A DNA stretch of 59,281 nt, counting the filler, from Sphacelaria rigidula (lineage: Eukaryota), in assembly GCA_964200075.2 (NCBI GenBank). It is 6 parts of 6 records of this genome, joined end to end, with 100 filler letters (N's around TTAATTAATTAA, not from the genome) between each part and the next. Parts side by side here need not be neighbours in the genome. Positions count along the whole stretch, not along the records: positions 19,796 to 29,592 come from CAXNAA020007741.1; positions 29,693 to 39,489 come from CAXNAA020007742.1; 4 more parts are not named here. The stretch is one strand, 5' to 3'. The notes beneath the pieces were generated by a model. It saw nothing but the letters and a program-made list of their open reading frames with translations. It was not told the origin of the DNA and ran no database searches. Position numbers and translations under genes: made by a program. This document shows positions 24,866 to 36,710 of the stretch, in pieces (positions within the stretch are counted from its first letter, which is position 1; every line of letters begins with the position of its first letter).

Positions 24866-25066
24866 CTGAGGGATAGATCAGTAATCGGACGAAGTAGAAT
24901 TTACGTGTCGTTCAGACGCATTGCTGACCAAGCAGCGCAAAAAGGGACGATTGTTGTCGTCTAACGTGGCGCAGAGCCAATCTTGACACAGCAAGTCGGA
25001 GCTGCAACGCGAACCGGACAGAAGGGTGGCTGTCCCGGTAGGCTAACGTTACTGGTTTGACGTCAC

Positions 25067-25172
25067 CTTCCGAAAAGCCCAGTTTGGGAAAACGTCTCGG
25101 GGAAGAATCTCGCCGGCTCCGCGAGGAGGCCGCCCAGACCAGGACCAATACTCAGCCCGAGTGACCAAGATG
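25067..25172 (-). CDS. MFS transporter (ZIFL1-like), third visible exon
   Basis: Encodes SWSLGLSIGPGLGGLLAEPARFFPETFSQTGLFG (MFS GxxxGPxxGG motif). Phases 1/2 are consistent with neighbours. Confidence 0.88.
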
Positions 25173-25904
25173 CTGATGGCACGTAGCACGAACGTACAGC
25201 CCGCCGGGAAAATGAGCAAGGTGAGCCCGCCGCCTCGTTTTGTTGTTGAATCACGCTATGACATTGTAGACGTGTTGTCCAGTCTCTCGGAGGGTTCATG
25301 ATATGGATGTGCAGATTCATCACTTACTGTCGTACAGCAACCCCGATTGATCTGCTGCAATACTCCAGTGCACAGTAGCTCAAGTTCTATATGTTGGGGA
25401 GACGAGATACCGATTTTGACGCGTGTGATTGGGGAGACGAGATTCTGGCCAGGTATACACCCCCACTGTCCAGCACGCGTGAGGGCGGTGTTTCGTAGGC
25501 ACTGTTCTCTGATCCCGCAATTATTGCCCGGGCACCGTGGTGGCAGTGGTATACCGGTATACGACTCGTATATTTTCCTTAGTCTGAACTTCCCCTCACT
25601 TTTTCGGGATGAGTCGGTAGTCTCCAGGATCAACCGTCACCTCTCCCTCGGTAATTGTTTTACACATGAGTACATGGCTATCGGATCTCGGATCGGCACT
25701 CCCCAGACGGGTCGACTTCTGTCGTGTGAGTTTTGCTTTTCGTACTCATCACACGTCGAACGACTATACTCACAGATACTACCTACAATACGTTTATATC
25801 AGAATTCGGACTCATCGACCACCCATGAGTTAAAGTGCAACTTTCTCCCGCGGGGCGCGGCGGCCTCATTGTACAGTTTTGTGCATTTACACAGGTGAAC
25901 TTTG

Positions 25905-26375
25905 AACATTTTTTGCTACACTCTCGGAACACCTTTCGAAGGCGAGATCCTGAAGGTCTCAAACCCCCCTCTACACACCCTCTACAAGATGCCCCATTTT
26001 ATCCAGAGATGGTTAACCCATAGATCGCGAGGATAGTCCATGCGGATCACGGATACTTTTTAAGAGAAATGAATGGCGATCCAATAGAGGTGGACAGTTT
26101 GCTACATCCTAGGAACACCTTCCGAAGGCGAGACCCTCTGGCGACCCTCTGAAGGTCCGGAACTCCCCTCTACACATCCTTTACAAGGTGCCGCCTTTAT
26201 TTGTCCAGACAGAGACGATCGACGCATTGACCACGAGGACAGTCCATGTGGTTCACGGATACTTTTTCAAGTGAAATTAATGCCGATTCAACAGAGATGG
26301 ACAGTTTGCTACTTGTCGGAACACCTTCCGAGGGTAAAACCCTCTCGCGATCCTTTCAAGGTCAACAACCCCCTG
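25905..26375. repeat. Imperfect tandem repeat, about 2.5 units of about 190-210 bp, belonging to a dispersed family
   Basis: Repeated TTTGCTAC..GGAACACCTT.CGAAGG. The block AGTCCA..TGGATCA.G.ATACTTTTTCAAGTGAAA..ATGCCGATTCA recurs at about 50115-50170 and 52687-52745. Confidence 0.7.
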
Positions 26376-26515
26376 TGGCGACCTTGCCACACAACCTCTA
26401 CAATGTGCTGCCTTCATGTTGGTGAGAGCAAAATGTCCACCTGTGATACTTCATATTACATGCAGCAAGATGAACACGCAATAGGCGGAATCATACGTCC
26501 CTTTTCTCGACTCAC

Positions 26516-26619
26516 TGGCCAAGACACCCATGCCCACGATCTCGTGCTCTTCCCCGCACATGTCAGAAATCAATGACTTTCCAGCCACCGACTGCCCCGA
26601 AAACACGCCGGCGATGAAC
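26516..26619 (-). CDS. MFS transporter (ZIFL1-like), second visible exon
   Basis: Acceptor ctAG and donor A|GTGAGT. Encodes (R)FIAGVFSGQSVAGKSLISDMCGEEHEIVGMGVLA. Phases 2/1. Confidence 0.88.
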
Positions 26620-26906
26620 CTAGTAGTAAACAGCACGTAGTACGGAGCGATTACACATGTGACTTGTTTTGGGACCTTGGATACTGTAACCATCCCGAAA
26701 ACGCTGATTTGTGTCGGTTGGGATCATAGTGCGCCAGCATATCGCGTTTCAACTGGTGGTGGATCCGGTTTCCTGTGGCCAGTGGGTTAAATGATCGATT
26801 GTACTGTACGAGCCGGAGAACTGGATGCGGGGCACTCTGCTGCACAAGGGAAAATTTGTTCCCGAAGGACGATAGCTCTGCTCCTCTGCGCTCCTCTACC
26901 AATCAA

Positions 26907-27128
26907 GACACTTTCTCCGATAGCCCCCCCCAAAAAACAGCCCAAAAGTGTCACGAAAAAAATGGCCATACATCGCCTAATGTTTGGGTTCAGGCTGCAT
27001 TAAGCGCCTCATATTGGCAACATTGGCAAGAACGAGCCCAAGCGTGAGAATTCCCATTTCGATTTACGTGAAGATTTCGCCTCCCAAAACCATGCACTTT
27101 TGGGGGGGGGGCTATCGTAGAAAGTGTC
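26907..27128. mobile_element. GACAC..GTGTC MITE, copy 1
   Basis: TIR GACACTTTCTCCGATAGCCCCC / GGGGGCTATCGTAGAAAGTGTC with 4-bp TSD TCAA. Confidence 0.85.
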
Positions 27129-27492
27129 TCAACTACCTTGCGTGTCACACTAGCGCATAGTGTGAAGTGACATTGATGAAAACCTCAGACAAGCATGGTG
27201 CTTCCCACCAACACGATGTCACGTAAAACACGCCGTCAACTTGTTCTTCAGGAACGAGGAGCCCATGATTCGCGTAGATACAGGTAGGAGACCGAGTCTG
27301 ATGGGGCGAACCTTGTGCTGTGGCTCAAGCTAAAACTCTGGCTCACGGCTCGAAGACGATACCAATTGTTGACCGAGCTACCATTCAAGAGACAGTATGG
27401 TTATTTTGTTGGATCTGTCTCACCAGCAGATGTATTGATTGTATCAGCACGCTCTCTTGAGTCCCTCAACATGGATGTCATGGCGGGAAACC

Positions 27493-27709
27493 TGTAATGC
27501 GTGAGAGGACCGCGTGCTTAGAGGATCGCGCCGTAGTTCAAAAGACCTCAGGATCGACGTTTTTCAAAACCAATCGGGTCAGTCCCTGCAGGTACCACGC
27601 CCCTGACCCTAACCCCAACACTAACCCTAACCCTAGTCCTAGCCCTAACCATAGGAGTGTTCTCATTCCGACGCGGTCCTCTAAGCACGCGGTCCTCTCA
27701 CGCATTACA
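27493..27709. mobile_element. TGT..ACA MITE, copy 2
   Basis: TIR of about 38 bp, TGTAATGCGTGAGAGGACCGCGTGCTTAGAGGA, with 5-bp TSD AAACC. Confidence 0.9.
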
Positions 27710-27933
27710 AAACCGACGCATCGGACATTCTTTACACGAGTGAATACATGGTTTCACCGTCAAGATAATTCGTTTGTGGGCCACTGACTCGTTGGGTCGA
27801 CGGAGGGAAGCTTGTACTTTGTACTTCTCACGCTTCGTCCCCAACAAGCGCTTCGTGCCCTGCCTCATGATACCCCTTTCATTGCAGTCGCTACAACAGT
27901 AGTAGAGGTACGTAGTGAGCAAGCATCCCTCAC

Positions 27934-28117
27934 CGGACGGCAAATGCCATTGAGAACGTCGTCGAACACCCGAAGCCGATCGAACATATCGCGACAGAAG
28001 TCATGCTGATGTACATGACCAGAACATGGCCGTAGCGGTCCCCGAGTAACCCCCATGAGAATGCACTTACGATGCGGCCAACCGCGAACGATGAAGCTAG
28101 TACTCCTGCGTAGTATC
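27934..28117 (-). CDS. MFS transporter (ZIFL1-like), first visible exon
   Basis: Acceptor gcgcAG and donor CG|GTGAGG. Encodes GYYAGVLASSFAVGRIVSAFSWGLLGDRYGH (MFS motif A). Phases 1/2. Confidence 0.9.
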
Positions 28118-28283
28118 CTGCGCAAGCATTGTAAATGAGCACAGGAACAGAAGGGGGAGGGTGAATAGGATTGCTCATCTTCAATCCTTGAGGAAACAGT
28201 GGCCGCCGCCAAATCACATATGAAGCCGGGTTTACGCCGTTGCATTGGCCCATGAATGGGAAGTTGACCTAACTAACGCTAGC

Positions 28284-28494
28284 TGTAATGCGTGAGAGGA
28301 CCGCGTGCTTAGAGGACCGCATCGGAATTTGAACATCCCTATGGTTATGGTTAGGGTTAGGGCTAGTGTGAGGATTGTGGTCAGGGGCGTGGTACCTGCA
28401 GGGATTGGCCCGATCGGTTTTGAAAAACGTCGATCCTGAGGTGTTTTGAACTACGGCGCGGTCCTCTAAGCACGCGGTCCTCTCACGCATTACA
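28284..28494. mobile_element. TGT..ACA MITE, copy 3 (inverted relative to copy 2)
   Basis: Same TIR, 5-bp TSD CTAGC, internal sequence is the reverse complement of copy 2. Confidence 0.9.
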
Positions 28495-29482
28495 CTAGCG
28501 ACCATGATACGTGAGTCCTCGGAAGTGTCACGCTGCAGGATAACACGCACTGATCACCCAGATTGAAAGTGCCAGGCTTATTTTACTCTCGCGCAATGTC
28601 GGCCCACACACTTGTGCGTGTAATCATTTGAGAAACTACGCAGTGTGCGTCTGATTACATTCAGGGCATGAAGCACCAACGCTCAACGTCGGCAAGGAGT
28701 GAATATCGTTGGGAATATCCACGGCTCGAAAACTCGTGGCAAGCTGCCTACCGCCCCCTCCTTGTTTTGCCAGGAGTTTTGGCATGCAACTAGAAATTTG
28801 TGGTTGAAGAACAACGCCTTACCTGGAGAGGTCGTTTCCACCCACTTGCCCCTTGTCAGAGATGTTTGTGGATAAACCGCAGCCAGCGGCGTTGCCGTGT
28901 CAGGACAGTACAGCAGTTCAAAAACAGTACAATGTACAGCGCGGCGGTCGTGATCGCGCTAACATCGGTAATAAGTTCATGTGATCAAGAAACACACACT
29001 CGGCACACATAGCACGCAAACACACACAGCTGCTGAACGGTGTGGCGTAACTCGTGGGGTTTGTGCGTGCTGTAGGCAGCACGTGGGAGTGTGATTACGT
29101 GGTGTTTTGATTATCTGCGCTGAGTCTTGCGAGACATGCGCCACCCCATTGGCGAATGGAGCGGGACGAGCACAACGAGTTGCCACGAACACACACACAC
29201 ACACGTGTGTGTGCGCGCGCACAGGAGCAGCGCACGTGAAACCTTACCGGTGAGCTGGTCTTTGGAAAAAAAACTGCTTCCCAAGGGGGAGCATTTTGTA
29301 TTGAGAGTCGGGGTGAGGAGAGCGACTGCGATCGGGTTTTGCGTTTTGAATGTGTTGGCACGACAATGCTTTACAGTCCGGCCCGCTTCAATAATGCAAA
29401 AAGCTGTAACTCGCGACACCAATACATTTAGCGCCCGAGCGGCCCATCAGGAGTGGTAATCTACGCCTATCCTATACTCGTA

Positions 29483-29580
29483 GGCCGGTCGCCCCGGTGA
29501 CTCAGTTGGTATCCTCATAGCCTTCTGATGGTTGAGTTGTGAGGTTCGATTCCCGGAGCGATCTGGGATTTTTTCTCATA
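29483..29580 (+). mobile_element. tRNA-derived SINE, family A head
   Basis: GCCGGTCGCCCCGGTGACTCAGTTGGT...GGTTCGATTCC, homologous to 5375-5523 (-). Confidence 0.75.
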
Positions 29581-29592
29581 CCATGCTCAACA

Positions 29593-29692
29593 NNNNNNNN
29601 NNNNNNNNNNNNNNNNNNNNNNNNNNNNNNNNNNNNTTAATTAATTAANNNNNNNNNNNNNNNNNNNNNNNNNNNNNNNNNNNNNNNNNNNN
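29593..29692. other. Artificial contig spacer
   Basis: N44-TTAATTAATTAA-N44. Confidence 0.98.
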
Positions 29693-32129
29693 TTGCATTT
29701 GAATGACAGCCTCCAATGCGTTTCTTTATTCTGTGGTATCGCCACTTCCTGAGACAGCCACGGCTTATACACTGCCTCATGGGGGGGAGGGGGTAGTGTT
29801 CCCCTTCGCATCTAACTCTAGTACTTGTTGACTTTATAGCATACTATATTGATCCAAGAATGTTTCCATACGAGACGTCATAGTTAAACCATGGGATGGA
29901 TAGGGTGCATACGTTACTGTACTGGAACACGCCGGGATGAAACGAATGTACCAGTTTGGCCCTCCCCTCGAACCATCAAATGTCGACTTCAGGAGCCCAG
30001 GTGTCGTGCGTGTGTTCTACGAGTAGCCCCCTTCTACTTGCGTAGTGCCAACATGTGGATGTCGCCTATGCAACTTTGAGATCGTCTGTACAATCATCTG
30101 CTTTATGCACCGGTGTACAGTGCTGCAACGCTGGCACAGGTCTGGCATGCCAGACGGTATGCTCGTACACTATGGTGCGGTTGGCCGCCAAGCGATTTTC
30201 ACATCGTTTCCGGATGCTTACCGGTTGCATCAGCCCGTTACATTGTGCCCAGAGGCATCGGCAGGTCCGACGCAAGCACTCCAAAGAGAGAGAAGGTCCG
30301 TCCCAACTCACGACGCAAGCACTTTAGGGAGAGAGAAGATCCTTCCCAACTTACGAGGCCCGACAATGATGCTGTTCATGAGACGGGACAGACTTCAGGA
30401 TTGAGGGGGGGTGGCGATGTACAGCGATTTCTTGGTGACGCCTCGTCCATATTAAACTCTTCGCACTAAACTCTTCGCACCTTCAACTATAAACACGTTC
30501 TTTTTACAACAGTTCTTCATGCACCCCGAACCAATCACTATGCTCCTCAATTTGGAGACGGCCTGTCGTGTCGTGAACTCTGAACTCGTTTGCACCCCGA
30601 TATGGGGATGATTGTTCTCCTCGAGACCGACGGGTGATGTGACCGCCATCCGTTGCCCCGTGTAAACGACCACATATACCAGCGGACAATGGAACCACTG
30701 CGCGTACTACATGTCCGCCAGAAGCCCCGTATTCTTTGTCTACAGTTGACGGCCACTAAATGTAATCGCATAGTCTCCCCCGGACCCGAAAGGTTTGAAT
30801 ACTTTACAATCTACGGGGAAAACCCATCAACTTCTAGCCCTTGAAAATGATTGGCTGGGGCACAATCTCAGCTCTCAGCTGAGTCTACGTCGTATGCCTG
30901 GACCCCAGTGGTATCCAGCGAGACCTACGTCAACAAATTATCCAGTGGGCATATCACGACGATTAAGTGACCCGAGATATAGCACTCCGTGCGGGATCCA
31001 CGGACCGCACGAACGTTACTTGGTGAACGTTTTGTGCTCTCGTAAAGGTTTCTGTGGTTACAACATACAACAACGTTTCGTAGGCAGCATAATAAACGAT
31101 CAAGCTACCGTAGCAGAAAAAACACGAAACAACACGGTATGTTTGGGACGGATGTATCCGAAAGACAGAACTTTACCGGAACATTTTCTTCGCAACATTA
31201 CACTTGGCGCCGTTCAGACGCACATCACTATACGGGATATTTTCTCTCGACGAGAAACATTCGACTCAGGGCATCCTTTCACAACAAAATGTCGCGTGAC
31301 CAAGGGCAACTGGACCATCGCGTTTCCGTGTCTGGCCAGCATCTCCAGCTAATATCGCTAACCACACCGAGGTCTACCTGACGAAAGCGGCTACGACCAC
31401 GTTCGACGACGGTAATACAATCTCTACACTAGTCCAACATTAGGCTCTCCATGAAATCCTCTTCGTCAGAGTCCAGCAAAGAGTCCACCCTTCCATGTTT
31501 GACATACAGTATCGGCCCACACACAGCAAACGAGATGGCGGTACGGCGTGGTCATGGTTGAGAGAGGCGGTGAGCGCAGAGGGTGATGCGGGGCACGGGG
31601 TAACATCGAAGACCTTCAAGCTTTTGGCGGAAACGGCAGGCGAAAAAATGACCAAACTTAAGATGATGAGTCTGTCGACAGAGTAGAGGTAAAAAATACT
31701 CATGGTGCCCAATTTCTCCTTTGATGTGTGGAATAAGCGACGAGGCATCATGCCGGTTAACAAAAGGACCACGGGCGGACCACGATCGCTTTCCGTTGGA
31801 GGGTTTCTACGTAGCTGAATTCAGTCCGAGCTAATGTACTCAACATGCGCGTGCACTGCAGATATTACTTTCGGCGCGACAGACATGGTTGTACTCGATG
31901 CTAGAAGTAGGAGCGTATGCTTGGGTCGGACTGCAGTACTTCAATATCTCCGACTTTGCCGTCATCTTCGACAAAATTATATATGATTTGTCCATATCTG
32001 CTGACGCCGTAAAGGTCGCATGCGTCGATAATATTTGGCACAGTTGCTGGCGGGGATGTATTCACTAAGCTGGTAATGTTGTGCTTTCCGCGCAGCAAAC
32101 TCCATCGTTGTTGTACTTCGTCGACTCAC

Positions 32130-32965
32130 CTCATTTCCTCGGACACATCACGCCTCGACGGACCCGCCTCTCCCGTAGCTCGATCATCATCCTTACCAAT
32201 AATTGCCAGCCGGGGAGACAACTCCACTACCGCAACGGTGTTGGTCGGTGCGTCTGGTTCAGCAGGTAGGGCTGGTCGAGCCTCCTGCCTGGGAGGAGGG
32301 CTGTCGTTAAAATCGATCACCGTCATACTTTCTGCTTCACCAGCTGCCACCGCTGCCGCCGCTATGGACCTGACCGGTGCAGAGGATTCCCTCCCTGCTT
32401 TCCCTCTAGATGGCCTGTGCGACGTAGTCCTAAGCGCGGGCAATGGACTATTACTACTACCCGTAAGTCGAGGTCTGGGAGGGGGATCGTTGGCGAAATA
32501 GCCCAACACCTCACTTTTTATTCCACCAGTTGCCACAGCTTCCGCCGCCACCGCTGTGGGTGTGACCACTGCGAAGGGATCTGACGCTGCAATTTCCATG
32601 GACTGTCCACGCGAGGCAGCCCTAAGCTCGGGTGATGCGCTATCGGCGCCAACCGTACGTCGGCGCCGGGCTGAAGAACCTTCGCTGCTCCGATGACGTT
32701 CGCTTAATAGCGTCCAGTCGTCCAAAGAAGAGGACCTCGAAACGCCGCTGTTATCAGACCCATCGCCGACGCGTTGGCTGTTGTCGCCAATGTCACTCAC
32801 ATTCATGGGGTGGACACGATATCTGCTGATGTCGTTGCTGCTGATGGCGCACCGACCGCTTTTTCGTCGGTCAGTGTCGGTGGTCGACGCCCCCGCGGCA
32901 ACCGTGGACTGGTCAACTTGTGGCAGAATATTCGGATGGAGCCGTTGAAGCGGCTGTTCTATCTG
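32130..32965 (-). CDS. Large low-complexity (S/A/R/P-rich, disordered) exon of an unidentified gene
   Basis: Open for 278 codons between the NAGNAG acceptor cacAG|CAG and the donor AG|GTGAGT. Phase 0 matches the upstream exon. Confidence 0.65.
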
Positions 32966-33239
32966 CTGTGTTTCAACGAGGAGATAAGTGTGTCGTCGAT
33001 GGCGGTGTCACGGCCGACACGGTGACAAGCTGCTTTTGCTGTAGTTTAAGGCACATGTACGAGGGTCATGACATTGAATGAACAGGGGCCTTTTGTGATC
33101 CACAGGTGTTGGTGTGGCATGATGCGCGTTGTAAGGGTGCTCTTGCCGTCGAGGGGAGATGTGAGTCCCAAAAGTGCGCGTTGCTTTATTTCAATGTGAG
33201 ATGTGGGCAAAATGTAAAATGCAACGGCAGCAAGCGTGG

Positions 33240-33487
33240 GACACTTTCTACGATAGCTCCCTCAAGAATGTGGCTAGTTTGGGGAGGCAAAATCTACACG
33301 TATAACGAAAAAAACAAAGCCTAGCAGAACGAGCAGCTGGAAATTCCCACGCTTGAGTTCGTTTTCGCCAATGTCGCTCATATGAGGCGCTTTATGCAGC
33401 CTGAAACCAAACGTCAGGTGTTGTATGACCATTTTTGTCGTGGAACGTTTTGGCTGTTTTTGCGGGAGGCCTATCGTAAAAAGTGTC
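33240..33487. mobile_element. GACAC..GTGTC MITE, copy 2
   Basis: TIR GACACTTTCTACGATAG with 4-bp TSD GTGG. The body is the reverse complement of copy 1. Confidence 0.85.
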
Positions 33488-33767
33488 GTGGACACTACAG
33501 AGAAGAGAAAATATACTCCAAAGCCGTAGGTGTAACTATCGACTTGGCCAGAATATGCAATATCACGCGAACTACCTTGCATACACATGTTGCCCGCTAG
33601 CGAAAATATCCGAAAATGTTCGACAGAGACTGCGTGCAACGGCAAAAAAGTTAGGATTGTAAGGGTAACACAGCACACAACAATACGGGCCAAATAAACG
33701 TTTTTGTGGCCGCAGCTTGGCACCTGACTCGTCGAAACCACAGCCCCTATCTCGATTTAGCGCTCAC

Positions 33768-34342
33768 CCGAACTAATCCCTTCAGGTCCAAAGCGCTCTG
33801 GAGACCAAAAACTTGCACCTCCCCGGAGGCTCCTGGTCCCACGGCACCGTCCTTACCGTATTCGTCTACACTATCACCACCATTCCCAACGCCGATATCA
33901 TTACGCCTTGCCTCCATGGCAACGTCTTTGCCGTGCTCGTCTGCAATTTCACCACCATTCCCAACGCTCTTACTACCCCCTGCCGCGTCCGCTACATGCT
34001 CTTCACCTCCCCCTTCCCCCAGCGCTTCATGTTGCGCCCTTGCTGAGTTATCTACCGCGTGTATCGAGCTTTCACTGCTGTGGCTGCTGAAATCCAGCAC
34101 TGGAGTCTTGTCTCTCGCTTCGGCCCCGCCCCCGCTCGCCCCCCGTCCCCTTCCATCATTTTGGTGGTTGCTCACTTCTGTTTTTTGTGGAGGGGTGACG
34201 GTATAGTCGTCGAAGGGGGGAGGTGGAGATGGTGGCCGTCTTGTCAGAAATTTCGTCTTGTGAGTTTGCACCGCCGACGGGGGCTCCTGCGGTCGTGTGG
34301 GAGTCGGCGCAGCATTCTCTGTGCTGCTGGAATTTTCTGAAC
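33768..34342 (-). CDS. Upstream low-complexity exon of the same unidentified gene
   Basis: Acceptor cttcAG at 34343-34344 and donor CGG|GTGAGC. Open frame with an internal duplication (GNGGEIADEHGKD / GNGGDSVDEYGKD). Confidence 0.6.
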
Positions 34343-35079
34343 CTGAAGTCTGGTTGGCGGAGGCAAAATGGGCGATGGGAACAATATTTGACGTATATTT
34401 TGACGAATAAGGAAGCTACTTACTGTAGCGCTCGCAGTTTCTCGGAGGGCGTACGCAGACGTTTGGCCTAACCTTCAACGCATACGTGTCGACGAGCTGC
34501 TGCTGTCGCTGCTGCGCCGTCGCTGCTGCCGTGTTCACAGTATAGTGAAAAGGTGCTGCGGTGAGCGTTACATGCCCCGAAAGCCGTATATCTGCTTGTA
34601 ACTTTACCTCGAGCTAAGAAAAATAATAGCATACCCGTACTTGCCGTTTTATATCGGTCGCCCTTGTAAACAAGGAGCGCATCTGCATGTGTAGATGGTC
34701 CGCTCGTGAACTATTTTCTGAAAATACGCAACATGAAGATAGTACTCAGCATCGTATACTCAGACAACGCCATCAACACCCTTGGCCGCAAGCAACTCGG
34801 GGGAGAGTGGCCCAAGACTTGTAATTTTCTCAAAAATATGTTTTGGGCAGCATTTTCCCCCAACTGTGCACCACCACAACACCACAAACGTATGCAGCAC
34901 CGTACGAAAAGTCAATTCCACCAGCCCCTCTTCGCCGCACGGCACTCAAAGGATTGTGGGTCAACTCCTGTTGTTAGACGGCTCGGACGAGTAAAATCGT
35001 GATTCGACTCATATTCAACATTTATACGAATCAATCGAACGTTTCGTACACAAATTAAGATTTGTGCATGTTTTGGGTT

Positions 35080-36710
35080 CGTGATTCGTGCGACACTACT
35101 TGGAGTGTACATATTTCCAGCTCGTGATTCGTGCGGTACACTGAGGAATGTACACGGTTCCTAACTTCCATTCGTATGACACTGATAATAGGTACACGCT
35201 TCCCACCTTCCATTCGTATGGAATGAACCATAGGTACATGTTTCCTAATTTCCATTCATACAGCACGAATCATAGGTGCACATTCCCCACCTTCCATTCA
35301 AACGCCATGAATCACAGGAACATGTTTCTCCCCTTCCATCCATGCAGCATTTATCATAGGTGCGTGTTCTCCATCTTTCATCCATTCGAGATGAATCAAG
35401 TGCACACGTTTCTCAATTTCCATTCATGCAGCATAAATCACACGTACATATTTCCCGTATTCATTTATGCAGCATACATCACACATTCATGTTTTTCATC
35501 TTCTGTTCATATGACATGGATCATGAGAACATATTGTTTCCCACCTCTCACTTCATGGGGCGCGACTCTTCGGTCGCGCGGCCTTTCTGAAGGTAAGTTA
35601 GACAATTAAGAGCGTACAGATCGCGAAACCCTCAAGAGACATATCCTCAATGAACCAAATTTCGAATATTCTACTCCCACGTAACACATCAATTGTAATA
35701 CAACACATGCATCCACGTGCCCAGAGTGGTTCTTGTAGCAATTTACATTCCCGAGCTATGCCATTGACAGTCGTTGTGTTATGATTGCGACTCCATGTGT
35801 TGACCTGAGTATACTGTATTAAACACCAGTAACACCTGCGAAGAAGACAACACCAGCACAAGTCGTCCCGGCATGTTCGCGAGAGTTTTCGGGAAAATCT
35901 AGCGGTGTACGCTGCATTCCGCAGGCAGCACGATACAGCATAGCACAGCACGTATCTGCACGCCTAGAGTGTTTTTTCTAGCTGTTTCGTGTCCCGGGCT
36001 AAGCCATTGATGGTTTCTCTGCGGTTTCATGCTTGTTCTGCGGTGCAGTTGGCCTGAATATATAAAACAGTACAAAGACAGCTTCAGACAGCACCAGTGC
36101 TGCAAGAGTCGTTCCCGCATCTTCGTATGAGTTTTCGGAAACACTTCGACAGCGCCCACTGCAAGTCAGCAGAAAGTACAATACAGTACAGCACAGCATA
36201 GTGCTGTACATTGTGTGTACATCCTGTAAAGCGGATAACAGACAGCATTAGTACGCAACCTTTCATCCCGACGTTATGAATCATAGGTACATGCATGCAC
36301 TGTTTTTCTCTCTCCCTGATTTATGCGGCATAAATCACGTGATTCATGTACGTGTTTCTCACCTTGAAGTCGTGCAGCGGGAATAATGGATACATGTTTC
36401 CCAACTTCCATCCATACGCCATGATCACACGTACCTGTATCGCCCCCTTCAAAAATGAAAGGTGAGTCATATATATATATATATATGTGTGTGTGCATGT
36501 TCCTCACCTTCCATTCATACGAGGTGAATCAAACGTACATGTTTCCCTGAATCAATCATACGTAGTACATGATCCCCACCTTCGATTCATACAAGACGAA
36601 TCAAGTGTACATGTTTCCCACCGATGGTTCACACAGGAATTGCGACTCGTACATATTTTGCACTACTTGGAGTGTACACACTCGCAGTGCGTGATTCGTA
36701 CGGTACGACT
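35080..36710. repeat. Repeat element with two arrays of a degenerate minisatellite of about 43 bp (about 35145-35560 and 36270-36650)
   Basis: Repeated GTACACGTT.CC.A.CTTCCATTC.T unit. CACTACTTGGAGTGTACA occurs at both ends. 36660-36740 and 37000-37085 match 58375-58518 in reverse. Confidence 0.7.

Noticed and set aside
27602..27650. Telomere or interstitial telomeric repeat
   Set aside because: It is a short degenerate CCCTAA tract internal to a MITE. Similar tracts lie in other repeats at about 1298-1322 and 24115-24162.
28823..28960. Candidate upstream MFS exon with a strong CAG|GTAAGG donor
   Set aside because: The phase fits, but the translation shows no MFS or TM1 similarity, and the hydrophobic frame contains a stop.
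24752..34342. Exons at 32130-34342 as the N-terminus of the MFS transporter
   Set aside because: They are separated by an artificial spacer, so there is no evidence of linkage.
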